A stretch of 64,000 bases of DNA from Eledone cirrhosa (GCA_964016885.1 OZ024756.1:12958001-13022000); one strand, 5' to 3'; positions 14,441 to 25,716 are shown, numbered from the stretch's first letter. Notes: generated by a model not told the origin, from the sequence alone. A program made the numbers and translations.

Positions 14441-15014
14441 CTATTGAGATTCTGTCCTAGTAGCATTGGTTAGTTAACTAGAAGGCAGCTCACTTCCTCG
14501 CCCTCTTCATTCTTCTCCTCCTCATGTGTCACAGCCCTCATAAGCTTCTCACAATCTTGAGAGAGGTTGCCTCTGGAGTAATACATTCACCATTCTATCT
14601 GCTGCAGTGGTTCCCAACCTTTTGTGTACCATGCCTCACCCGAACAGCGAAAACATTGTTATCCCCCCCCCCCCCACCTACCGTCTTTAATATGAAAACA
14701 GCAATAATTAACTGCAAAGTGTAAACAAATAGTTGGTGTGCCAGATAGAAAATAACACGCGGAAGTTGCCTTGGTGTAAAAGTAATAAAGTAAAACCTTA
14801 AGTTTGTTTTCATTAGCATCATTTTAAAATGGCCCCCTTAAATATTCAAATTGCCCCCTGTGGAGTGTGCGCCCCACGTTAGGAATCACTGGTCTCCTGA
14901 GACCCTGACAACGTCTATCTGATGTTTTATAAAGGACATGAAAGAGAGGACGGTGTTGGATAGTAACTAATTGCTAAATATTTATCACTCGTAAAGTATG
15001 ACCATTAAGTATTT

Positions 15015-15215
15015 TGGTGGATGGCAGAATCGGTAGAGCGTCAGACAACATGCTTCGTAGCATAGAGTTTACGCTCTGAGTTCAAATCCCGCCGAGGTTA
15101 ACTTTGCCTTTCATCCTTATGGGGTTGATAAAATAAAGTACCAGTAACATACTGGATTTGATTTTATCGACTTCCTCTCACCCAAAATTGCTGGCCATGA
15201 CCCTAAATCTGATAT
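15015..15215 (+). mobile_element. SINE family B copy; further copies near 15300-15410 (-) and 15758-15910 (+)
   Basis: A-box TGGCAGAATCGGTAG, B-box and the same central domain. Confidence 0.8.
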
Positions 15216-16039
15216 CATTAAAGTATTTTACTGGTCAATTGTTGGCTTTATGTATTAGATTCTTATTTAATCGAGTTTATGTGGTCTCTAGCCTTTTCTA
15301 ATAATTGTTTCTACTTTTGGCACAAGGCCAGCAAATTACTCAGTGTATTACTGGTACTTTATTTTATCCGTAAGGATGAAAGGCAAAGTTAACCTCGGCG
15401 GGATTTGAACTATTTAAACTATCAGTGAACGATATCAGGCTGGTGTGTCATTTGCCATGAATAATATATTACATCCGTGTTTTTATTTGTTAACAAAAAT
15501 TAGTATTATTTATAGAAAGAAAAAAACCCTTCTTACAAATAGATTCATAAAACTTTCACTTTTCAACCACGGAAAAAAAAAAATGATTGTTTCTTTGAAA
15601 AACAGCAGCAACAAAAACTTTGACGAAGAAAACTGAAATTTCCTGTGACACTTGATATTAATAACACCATTACTTGTAATTGTGTCTTATCTGTTCACTA
15701 CAATCGTGTCTTATTTCTGGTTAATTTCTATAGATTTCTTTCTGTTTTAAATCATCTGCCGAAGTTAACTTTGCCTTTCATCCTTAAGGGGTCGATAGAA
15801 TAGCTTTTCCCTTTATCATTAGTATAAAGTACAAGTTAAGTAGTGAGGTCGATATAATCGATTTTTTTCCACCCCTCAAATTGCTGGCCTTGTGCCTAAA
15901 TAAGAAATCATTTTTTAACGAATTTAATCGAAATTACCTCCCCTTACTTTATTGACAACTTTAGATTCATGATTAAGTTTTTTCCCCGTATTATCAGAGA
16001 AAGCAGCTGACATTTGGGGCGGTCTCTTTGTCTCCTTAC

Positions 16040-16200
16040 CTTTTTGTTAAACTGGAGGATTTCCTTCGACTTTTTGTGGAATTCTTGGAACACATGTGGC
16101 TTCGCTGAAATATTTACTCACGATTGATAAAGCAAGACGTGGCACGAGAAAACGAAAACAAAATAATTTTTTTGTTCAGTTACTTCCTGGTTTTTGAAAA
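16040..16200 (-). other. Candidate first exon of the minus-strand gene, with an ETS site
   Basis: Non-repetitive, CpG-containing sequence; CCAGGAAGTA near 16190; strong donor AAG|GTAAGG at 16040/16039; alternative donor GTGAGT near 16121. Confidence 0.35.
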
Positions 16201-16789
16201 TTTGACGAATGTATTCTCTGTACAAGTTTTCTTCTTGGGATTATAGCAGCTCACATACTGATCCAGTGCGATTCCAGCCGTCAACTCTCTTCTATCCATG
16301 TAGTGTATATAGAGAAATATATTTTTCGGAATTCCCGTAAACTGGTCTCATAGGAGTATATTATCCAGATGTGCCTTTTCCCTCGATTAAAACACTAGAA
16401 TGTAAATTGAAGATGTGGCTGCTTTTTCTAGCAGTTCGAGCCGCCACATAGATACTCCTCGAAATCCTCGAAATGATTTTTGTTGATTTTTTTATTCTCT
16501 TGATTACGTTTATATGAAGTATATGGGCCTTTTGTGTACACCATCTGTGTTGATATGGATTCTATTTTTTCGAGTACTGTTCGCATCATGCTGATCAATG
16601 AAAAGGTTGGTAAAATCCTGCTTTATTTCTATTTTTTACTGGCCTTAGTGGTGATAGTGTTTGTTGGGGTGGAATAGCAGTTAAGTTTACAATCACCTAA
16701 CATAAGATCAAAGCTACCCAAATCTTCATCATCATGTCATTATTTCGGAGACTGTATCTAGAAGCATGTTTTTGTTTTACATGGTAGGT

Positions 16790-17280
16790 CTGGAGGAAGG
16801 GGACTTGTGGTCTTCACAGATATTTCAAGACTAGAGAGATTGGTGCCTGTTAGGTCTGGAGCCAGGTTGGAAGTGGTTTCACGACTGGCAGGTGTAAAAA
16901 TAGTTGGCTGTGATCTCCGACTTACACTTGAGAGGTTTAATGCTGAATGCTGCTCGGAGATCAGAAGGCCACTCCAGGTAGAGCTGCTAATTCTCCAAAT
17001 TGAGAGATCACAGTTCTGATACTGTGGGCATGTGGTTAGAATGTCTTAGAAAGAATCGCTGGACAACAGATTTTATGGGCAAAACCAACTGCAGAAGACC
17101 AAGGGGTACACCTCGAGCAAGATGGTTGGATAACATCCATCAGCTTTGCTGGTCTCGCTTGGGGATCCAGCCAAATCAGTTGGAGACAGTTGTTTCTGAC
17201 AGGACCAGTTGGAAGGAGTGTTTGAGGACTCTGCTTCCATGTCCCTCTCCCAGGGATAAGTGGGAGAAGAAGAAATAGTG
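16790..17280 (+). mobile_element. RTE-clade LINE 3' fragment (second family); related copies near 25860-25965 (-) and 28465-28850 (-)
   Basis: Degenerate C-terminal motifs QIERSQ..RPRGTPRARWLDNI; (GAA)n tail. Confidence 0.75.
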
Positions 17281-17406
17281 ATGATAAGTATAAAGGAAAT
17301 CAGACACATTCATAACTATACGCACATACATTATAATACACACACACACATATATAATAATAAATACAAAAACCAAAATCCAAAGGAGACTTGATAAGGA
17401 TTGAAC

Positions 17407-17745
17407 ATCATCATCATCATCATCATTTCATTTTACATCCGCTTTTTCCTTGCTTGCAAGGGTGGGACAGGAACTGATTCTGGCTTGATTTCTACAGCTG
17501 GATGCCCTTCCTAACACCAACCTCATTTACAGTGAGTGCTGGGTGCTTTTTTGCCGTGGCACCTTCACAACCACTTTGCAGTGGAATGATAGGGACCCCA
17601 GTCCCTATCATCTCATTTCTACAGCTGAGTAAACTGGAGCAATGTGAAATAAAGTGTTTGCTCAAGGAAACAACACATCACCCGGTTTTAGAATTAAACT
17701 CACAACCTTTCGATTGCAAGGCCAATGCTTTAACCACTAAGCCAT
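17407..17745 (-). mobile_element. tRNA-derived SINE family A with an RTE-derived tail
   Basis: Reverse complement of the 18599 and 36479 copies; (GAT)n tail. Confidence 0.9.
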
Positions 17746-17764
17746 AAGTATATATAAAGCCGTG

Positions 17765-18000
17765 GAGTGAATATTTATTATTAGTACAGAGTAAATGTTT
17801 AAGCAAAGCGGTGTCTTCTGAAACTCATCTGTAGATGCAGAAGTAATTATTTCAAAAACGTTACAACCAAATATTGCCTTTAGAAAACAGGAAGATATAG
17901 CAGTTAACAAATGTTATTGTCTTTTAAACTCCAGATGTAGGCTGAAAGTGAAGTCATATTCCTTCTTAAAGGGTTTTTAAATGAATGAGTGCATGTGTAG
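17765..18000 (-). mobile_element. Penelope-like element GIY-YIG C-terminal remnant
   Basis: HSFKNPLRRNMTSLSAYIWSLKDNNI matches the Penelope HxxSF..TxLSxxIWxLKD motif. Confidence 0.65.
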
Positions 18001-18040
18001 CAGTAATATATATCCTTTGTAATTAAATGTATTTTCCTTC

Positions 18041-18120
18041 GGCGGAAGAAAAATGTTACGGAAGTAAATGGCTGAAGTGTGAGCCAATCAAAACCTTTGG
18101 CGTAGCGATACAAGTAACTG
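18041..18120 (+). promoter_or_regulatory. Candidate RBCK1 promoter or first non-coding exon
   Basis: Two ETS cores (GGCGGAAG, CGGAAGT), YY1-like AAATGGC, CCAAT box AGCCAATCA and possible donor caa|gtaact at 18114; motif evidence only. Confidence 0.4.
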
Positions 18121-18598
18121 GACTACTTAGACCAGAGAATGGAAGTTAAGACAGAAGACCAGTCTCCAGAAAAATCTGCTATCGTCAAAACGTTGATTCT
18201 TCGATACGCCATATCCTGTCGTATCTCACACATGGAAATACAGGCAAAATGAGTTTCACAGTGTGAAGCAAGAATAAATGAAGTACATACTTGTAATGGA
18301 GTTTGTCTATTTAATGCCTTCTGATCTAACGACTTACATTCTTCATTAAGCCTATGTAAGCCTTACTAATAGTGGGTGTGACAGCCTTACATTTGTAAAC
18401 TATATTGCATTTCCCAGCTATATATATTGAGAGAGAGAGTGTAGACTTGACAGGCTAGGTTAATTAACAGCAGCACTAATGTAGCATGATACAGAATAGA
18501 GTTACAAACGGACAAACGAAATATATATTTTTCCAATCTCTTAAATGCACCACCTGTAGAGAACTGCTCCCCATTGAATATAATTTAAACATTAACAT

Positions 18599-19034
18599 GG
18601 AGGCACATGGCTTAGTGGTTAGAGCATTGGCCTTGCAATCGAAAGGTTGTGAGTTCAATTCTCAGACCGGGTGATGTGTTGTTTCCTTGAGCAAGACACT
18701 TTATTTCACATTGCTCCAGTTTACTCAGCTATAGAAATGAGATGATAGGAACTGGGGTCCCTATCATTCCACTGCAAAGTGGTCGTGGAGGTGCCACGGA
18801 AAAAAGCACCCAGTCCACACTGTAAAGTGGACGTGTAGGCGCCACGGCAAAAAAGCACCCAGTCCACACTGTAAAGTGGACATGTAGGCGCCACGGCAAA
18901 AAAAGCACCCAGCCCACACTGTAAATGAGGTTAGTGTTAGGAAGGGCATCCAGCTGTAGAAATCAAGCCAGAATCAGTTCCCGTCCCACCCTTGCAAGCA
19001 GGGAAAAGCGGACGTAAAATGATGATGATGATGA
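18599..19034 (+). mobile_element. SINE family A, full length, with an internal ~45-bp tandem expansion
   Basis: A-box TGGCTTAGTGG, B-box GAGTTCAATTC, V-domain-like TTTCCTTGAGCAAGACACTT, RTE-like tail GCGGACGTAAAA(TGA)n. Confidence 0.9.
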
Positions 19035-19354
19035 TTAACACTAAGGCTGAAATAGTGAAGGGTATTAAAGACCCTGGGGTTGGTGACTTTCAATATATAG
19101 ACGATATTGGCAGAGTTGTAAGTAGGGTATGGCAAACATGGCTCATGACATGGATGCCACAATTTCAATGCTTGCCATAGGAGCTATTTTCCCTAGTTAG
19201 GCCTCTGCCTGTTGGAGAATGAATTTGAAAGAAATCAAAAACAACTGGGCACACTGGCTTTTCGTAAACAAGTGTTCTTAACAGAATTTACTTTTAACAG
19301 TATCTCATAAACTCATATTGACACCTGAAGAAAAGTCATTATTTTGATGCCTCT

Positions 19355-19545
19355 AGGGCGGTGGATTGGCAGTATCAGTAGACGGTCGGACGCCATGCTT
19401 TCTAGCATAGTTATGTCCCTTTATGATCTGAGTTCAAATCCCGCCGAGGTTAACTTTGCCTTTCATCCTTACGGGGTCGATAAAATAAAGTACCAGTAAT
19501 GCACTGGAATAATTGCTGGCCTTGTGCCAAAAAAGTAGAAACAAT
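19355..19545 (+). mobile_element. SINE family B copy
   Basis: A and B boxes plus central domain. Confidence 0.85.
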
Positions 19546-20016
19546 TATTTTGATGCCTCTTGTTTTCTGGAGGTATGGTCAAATTTTGGCTTTGAAACCT
19601 TGGGTAACACCTTTGTTCCATGTATGAACATAAGTAAATAATATAATTCTGCTCTCTTCCCAATTGAGCAGTTTTTCTTTTTCCTTTTCACACATATGGA
19701 TATTGCTATATATATATGTATATTTCGTTTTTGTATTTGTTTTGCGAGATTTCTTATATGAAAACATGTGTTGCAACAGTTATTGTTATACTTTGGGACA
19801 GTCATGCTGCCAATAAAAAACATGCACCTATTGGTTTTGACTTCAATTAATTACAAATTTCCAGTTGGTTGGTTCAATAACTGGATGGTTGTTTATTTAT
19901 TGTCAAAGCTCTTTCCTCACACATGCTGTGACTTCCTCAGTGAATAATTTGTTATTTTCTGTCTCTCCTTTGTTCTGTAATAGATATTTACAACGTTGTG
20001 TGGGTCACCAATTATA

Positions 20017-20158
20017 GTGACGTCATCCTTAGGCGGAAGTGACGTCATCCTCAGGCGGAAGTGACGTCATCCTTAGGCGGAAGTGACATCATCCTCAGGT
20101 GGAAGTGACGTCATCCTTAGACGGAAGTGACGTCACCCTTAGGCGGAAGTGACGTCAC
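20017..20158. promoter_or_regulatory. Tandem array of 22-bp units (GTGACGTCATCCTTAGGCGGAA) forming overlapping ETS-CRE sites
   Basis: 6 full units and 7 CRE cores (one variant, TGACATCA); most junctions read CGGAAGTGACGTCA. Confidence 0.8.
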
Positions 20159-20762
20159 TAAGGTTTTGCACATGTATCCACTACAGTTCTGTCCTACAAT
20201 AGCTTGCTATTGTGTGTTGTGTGCTGTATACTTGAGTTGAGCATGTGTTATATCCAGGTGTGTGTGTCTTTATTTATGTGTTTATTTACTATCATTAGTT
20301 GGTTGCTTTCTGTGTCTGGTTTGTTTTATTAGTTTCGTCCTTCTGTGTGTCTGTATGTCATCATCTTGTCCTTAATTACTAGTTGTGATGTTACTATTCC
20401 ACTCATGTTTACTGTTTCATTTAGGTTGGTGTTCGCTTATGTTTGTTGCTTCTGTAATTTGTCGGAGCATTGCGTCTTTTCAGTGTGTGGATATTTTATA
20501 TAAAATTATAAGTATAACAATATATATGTGTGTAATAATAATATATGTGTGTAATAATAATAATAGTGAGTAAAATAAAAGTTGCAGCTGTGATTAGCAT
20601 TTTTCGAAATCAATCTTCTAGGGCTAGTCCAAATCACTCAATGAGGTGATATTGATAAATCGCTAAATTATAGCTCAGAGTAATAACAATGCGTTAGGGT
20701 GTGACACAGTAAAAATTATTTATATATGTATGTATATACATATATATAAATGTATATACATA

Positions 20763-20807
<45 letters not shown>

Positions 20808-21450
20808 CATCATCATCATCATTTTACGTCCGCTTTTCCCTGCTTGCAAGGGTGCGACGGATCTTATTCAGCACAGCATCTCTCCACTTGTCACGGTCCT
20901 TCGTCATCTCCACTCTGAGCTTCAGCGATCTGAGGTCTGTTCTCTCCACCTCCACCCATATTTTTCGTGGTCTACCTCTACCATGTCTTCCTTCAACTGG
21001 CATTTCCTGGCACTTCTTCACCCATCGGTCATCCTCCATGCGCATCACATGTCCATACCACCTCAGTCTTCTCTCCCGCACACTACATTCTATCCCTGTC
21101 AGACACAGTTTCTCTCTCAACACATCCATGCTGGGTCGTTCACGCAGATTGACATTGCACATCCAACGGAGCATGCTTGCCTCATTTCTCTCCAGCCGTC
21201 GCATATCCTCTGCAGTTGCTGCCCAAGTCTCACTACCATGCAACATCACGTTCTTCACACAGGCATCATATAACCGGCCTTTCGTACGCAGGGAGAAACC
21301 CTTCTTCATCAGCAGAGAAAGTAGCTCCCTAAACTTCTTCCAACTCGTCCTTATTCTAGATACTATGCCCTCAGAACACCCCCCTCCCATGCTAATCTGA
21401 TCTCCTAGGTACCGGAAGCTAACCACCACTTCTATAGCACCCGCCTGCAT
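20808..21450 (-). mobile_element. RTE LINE, 5'-truncated, with an intact C-terminal ORF of 208 aa
   Basis: FRYLGD..LHGSETW..RLRWYGHVMR..GRPRK motifs; (GAT)n tail. Confidence 0.95.
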
Positions 21451-23905
21451 TTGAAAAATGTGTCTATCAATGCGACTTCATCCTGGAGAAGAAAGATCTG
21501 GAAGCTGAAAGACCCCTCGGCCAGTAACAGATTTAAAGATATTTTACTCAACGCCTACGACAGTAAAGAAGAACAGATAGAGACATTCAATGTAGAAGAA
21601 CACTGGGAGTTCCTAAAAAATAACTTACTAGAGGCGACGGATGAGATCTGTGGCTGGAATAAGACCACAAGCAGGAGGAGAGTGACTTGGTGGTGGAACA
21701 ATAAGGTAGATGAGGCAGTTAAGGCCAAGAGACAGGCATGGAAAGAATGGAAGAACGGGGGAAGCAGGGTACATTACATAGAGACCAAGAGGGAAGCTAG
21801 GCGAGGCAGTGTGTCAGAGAGAATTGTGATGTCATTGGAGAGAAGTGTATCCGGAATAATAAAGGTGAGCTTGCCCTCACAAGTGCTGAGAAGAAAGATG
21901 CATGGAAGAGCCATTATGATAGATTACTAAATGAGAAGAATGCATGGGAAAAAGAGACCCAACCCCAAGTAGACCCTATAGAGGGGCCAGCAGTACAAGT
22001 CAGCAACAGCGTAGTAAGTAAGGCAATCAAAGATATGAAGATGAGGAAGGCAACCGGTCCATTGGGTATAGCTGCCGAGATGCTGAAAGCATCTGGGTCT
22101 GTAGGTCACACTATAACCACACGTATTGTTAACCAGGTAATACTAGAAGGTGTCATACCAAAAGATTGGTGCAGTAGCATCAATGTCAACTGCTACAAAG
22201 GTAAAGGTGATGCACTAGATAGAGGAAACTATAGAGGTATAAAGCTGATAGACCAGGTCATGAAAGTAACAGAAAAAGTTATAGCACAGTTGATTAGGGA
22301 CCGGGTGAAACTAGATGAGATGCAATTTGGGTTTGTACCAGGAAGAGGCACCACTGATGCCCTCTTCCTTGTGAGGCAGTAACAGGAAAAGTACCTAGCT
22401 AAAAGTAAGCCACTCTACCTGGCATTCGTCGATCTCGAGAAAGCCTTTGACAGAGTTCCACGTGCTATAATCTGGTGGGCTCTTAGAAAACTAGGAGTAG
22501 ATGAATGGCTTGTGAAAGCTGTACAAGCCATGTATAGGGGAGCAGTCAGCAAAGTTAGGATTAGCAATGAGTATAGCGAGGAATTCAGCGTACAGGTTGG
22601 TGTCCACCAGGGCTCTGTTCTTAGCCCTCTCCTGTTCATCATAGTCCTGCAGGCAATAACGGAGGAGTTTAAGACCGGATGCCCATGGGAACTCCTGTAT
22701 GCAGATGACCTCGCACTTATAGCTGAATCTATGGTAGAACTAGAGAAGAAATTCCAAACTTGGAAGCAGGGACTAGAAAGAAAGGGTCTCAAAGTCAACA
22801 TGACAAAGACTAAGGTCCTTGTAAGTAGACGAGAAAACAGAACCCAGATCCCCTCAGGGAAATGGCCTTGCTCAGTATGTAGGAAAGGTGTAGGTAGGAG
22901 CTCCATTCTCTGCCCCAAATGCAAACAATGGGTACACAAGAGATGTAGCGGGATCTCAGGAAGCTTAATTAAGAATGTAGGCTTCACATGTAGCAGCTGT
23001 GCTGGAACAGCAAGCAGCAAACAGCCACAGGAAACAAGTACCACCAATCTCTGGGAGGGCTCTGTAGAAACAGTAGACAGCTTCTGCTACCTAGGTGACC
23101 GAATTAGCAGCGGAGGTGGGTGTCCAGAAAGTACAATAACTAGGGTAAGAACGGGATGGAAGAAGTTCAGGGAGCTACTGTTACTGCTAGCTGCAAAAGG
23201 CTTCTCCCTCAAAATGAAAGGCAGACTGTATGATGCGTGTATCCGAACAGCAATGTTACATGGTAGTGAGACCTGGGCGCTGAAGGTGGAAGACTTACGT
23301 AGATTAGAAAGAAACGAAGCCTGCATGCTCCGATGGATGTGTAATAATAATATACACGAACGGCAAAGCATAAATGAATTGAGAGAGAGACTGAGCATAA
23401 GAAGAATCAAATGCTGTGTGCAGGAGAGGCGGTTGTGTTGGTATGGACATGTGATGCGTATGAAGGATGACAGCTGCATAAAAAGGTGCAGAGCGCTAAA
23501 AGTCAATGGAAACCGCAGAGTGGAGAGACCCAAGAAGACCTCGGATGAGGTGATAAAAGCCGACCTTACCCAATTACACCTCTCAAAGGCGATGACACAC
23601 AACCTCTGGTGTCACGCAGTAATACAGAGTACCCGACCTCCCATGGGTACAAGCTGAAGCATATAGACAATATGCCTCCACACCCTCCCACTGCAAAGTG
23701 GTCGCGGAGGTGCCACGGCAAAAAAGCACCCAGCACTCACTGTAAATGAGGTTGGTGTTAGGAAGGGCATCCAGCTGTAGAAATCAAGCCAAAATCAGTT
23801 CCTGTATGAGTAAGGCATGCTCAGCCGACCAGACACTGCCCACAACAGGACAACCCGTCTAACCCATGCTAGCATGGAAGAACGGACGTAAAACGGTGAT
23901 GATGA
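21451..23905 (+). mobile_element. RTE LINE, 5'-truncated and disrupted: RT domain, internal PHD-like finger and 3'UTR
   Basis: NYRGIKL, QFGF, FVDLEKAFDRV, GVHQGSVLSP and YADD motifs; stop at 22380 and frameshifts. Confidence 0.96.
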
Positions 23906-24033
23906 TATATATATGTATGTATAGTATATTTGGCAATATACCATATGTTTAATTAAAAACATTTAGAAGACCATACACTATCGGTTTTAAAGTAGTGACT
24001 ATGTCACTTCTTTTTGGCAAAAGAAGGGAGAGA

Positions 24034-24075
24034 AGCTAACAGTCTGTTACACACTGTTTGGCGATCATCAGAGCC
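24034..24075 (-). ncRNA. Degenerate hammerhead ribozyme motif in a Penelope-like 3' remnant (~23960-24190)
   Basis: GGCT-CTGATGA-TCGCCAAACAGTGT-GTAA-CAGACTGTT-AGCT; GAAA is mutated to GTAA. Confidence 0.5.
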
Positions 24076-24873
24076 ACGCACCCCCTGCTTTCACCGAAAA
24101 TTATAGAAGCTGGATTTTGATAGAATTCCAGTAATAATCGGGAGCTGATTATACAGAGCGATTGCCGGTTCAGCAAAAAAACTTTAATCTGTTATTTTAA
24201 TATATATATATAATATTTGTGCATGTATGTGGGGTCATCAGGAGGTGTGAAGTGGACAGGAGTGTTGGAGTTGATGGTTCCTGCATGAGGGTGTGTATGT
24301 GTGTGTTCCTCTGTTACAGGTGTGTATATAGGTGTATGTGTATGAGTGTGTGGGAGGACAAAGGTGTAAGAATGTGATGTAAGAAGTAAAGGTGATGGGG
24401 TGCAAGTAAATTCCCCAGAAATCCTGCTCCAAAGAATGAAAGGACTGTGGTCAGAAGAATGTGGTATGGCCTTCCATATATGCCTGGCAGATTAAATTTA
24501 TTTGCAAAAAAAGCACGATCTCTGTTGGATAAGGTGGATTGAGTCTGTCTTTGAGGAATTGTTCCAAACACATTGTCCAATAAAAAGGAGGTGAAGGCAG
24601 GTGGCCTAGTGATTAGGATATTTGGCCGACAATTTTAAGGTTGTTTGATTCCTGGACTGGGTGGTTTGGGGTGTTCTTGAGCAAGACACTTCATTTCATA
24701 TTGCTTTTGACTGGGGCCTCTGTCATTAAAACAGCAGAAAAACCTCTAATGAGATGCAACCTCCTATGAGGTTAGCTAAACCTACATAGATGTGACCTGT
24801 AACAACAACTGTGATGAAAAAGGAGCTAAGTATATATATATATGTGACCTATCTTTTTCAGGCTGATTTGGAA

Positions 24874-25040
24874 ATGAAGGGCCAAGAAAATGAACCTGGA
24901 GCAAATATATTCCAGTTGGAGAATGCCATTGCTTCAGGTGACATTAAAACTGCCCAAGCTATTGTTGCTAACCTTGCCAAACAGAAGGCCTTAGTAAAGA
25001 TTGAACTGCTACATAAAGAACCTATTGATACAGAGTATTT
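24874..25040 (+). CDS. RBCK1: RBCK1/HOIL-1L coding exon A, LUBAC-tethering motif; acceptor at 24862, probable ATG at 24874
   Basis: tttttcag| and |gtaagt; LENAIASGDIKTAQAIVANLAKQK resembles HOIL-1L [24 protein letters not shown]; ends in phase 2. Confidence 0.85.
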
Positions 25041-25293
25041 GTAAGTATTGATTTCAGATTTTAGATGCCTTATCTTCATATCATTCTGGTTCTTGTATTT
25101 GGATGTCACTTCAGTCTCATAGACTACTGCTGGTATGTTACACTGTTGTTGAAGAGAACATGCTTCAGGCCTTCTGTAAGAGCATCCAGGTAGGGAACAG
25201 CTCTTGGGTTTGGTGGTGATGTCTATCAAGCTGAAGTTACATCCACTCAACCAAACCAACAGAGGGAGGTCAAAACATATGTAGACATGGAGT

Positions 25294-25500
25294 TTAACCC
25301 TTTAACATTTACATTACTCTGTTGAATTGTTATGGTAAACATTTTATCTCATAAAATTATTTCACATAACATAGAATCTACTACATTTTGATATTTATTT
25401 TTAGAACAATAACTTAACATAAGTATGAGCAGCCGGTTTGAACAGGAAGTGGTGAGTGAATTCTGGTCAGATACGGCCAGTTTAAATGCTAAAGGGTTAA
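25294..25500. mobile_element. piggyBac-type MITE
   Basis: TTAA-CCCTTTA ... TAAAGGG-TTAA termini; multiple copies in the window. Confidence 0.85.
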
Positions 25501-25622
25501 AAAAAAACTTAATTATTTCTCACAACTAGATTGAAGCGGGTATTCTTTTTATCAAAATGTCCCCTAACTATGTTTTTTGTCTGTGTTATTTCTGTATTAT
25601 ATTTGTTGTGATTTTATTTCAG

Positions 25623-25716
25623 TATCAAGGTTTATATAGAGGATCGAGTTTCGTCAGCCCCACCTCTTGTCATGAAAATCAATTCCAAGACCACAGTAAA
25701 AGAACTCAAGAGAATG
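25623..25716 (+). CDS. RBCK1: RBCK1 exon B, first half of the UBL domain; GC donor
   Basis: tttatttcag|; (F)IKVYIEDRVSSAPPLVMKINSKTTVKELKRM; phase matches exon A; ATG|GCAAGT. Confidence 0.85.

Noticed and set aside
18139-18252. Short ORF MEVKTEDQSPEK... as an RBCK1 first coding exon
   Set aside because: No convincing in-frame donor and no recognisable homology
18599-18672. tRNA gene
   Set aside because: It is the tRNA-derived head of a multi-copy SINE; no proper acceptor stem
22512-23657. Active autonomous retrotransposon
   Set aside because: Upstream stop and frameshifts and no endonuclease domain; no intact full-length ORF2 exists in the window
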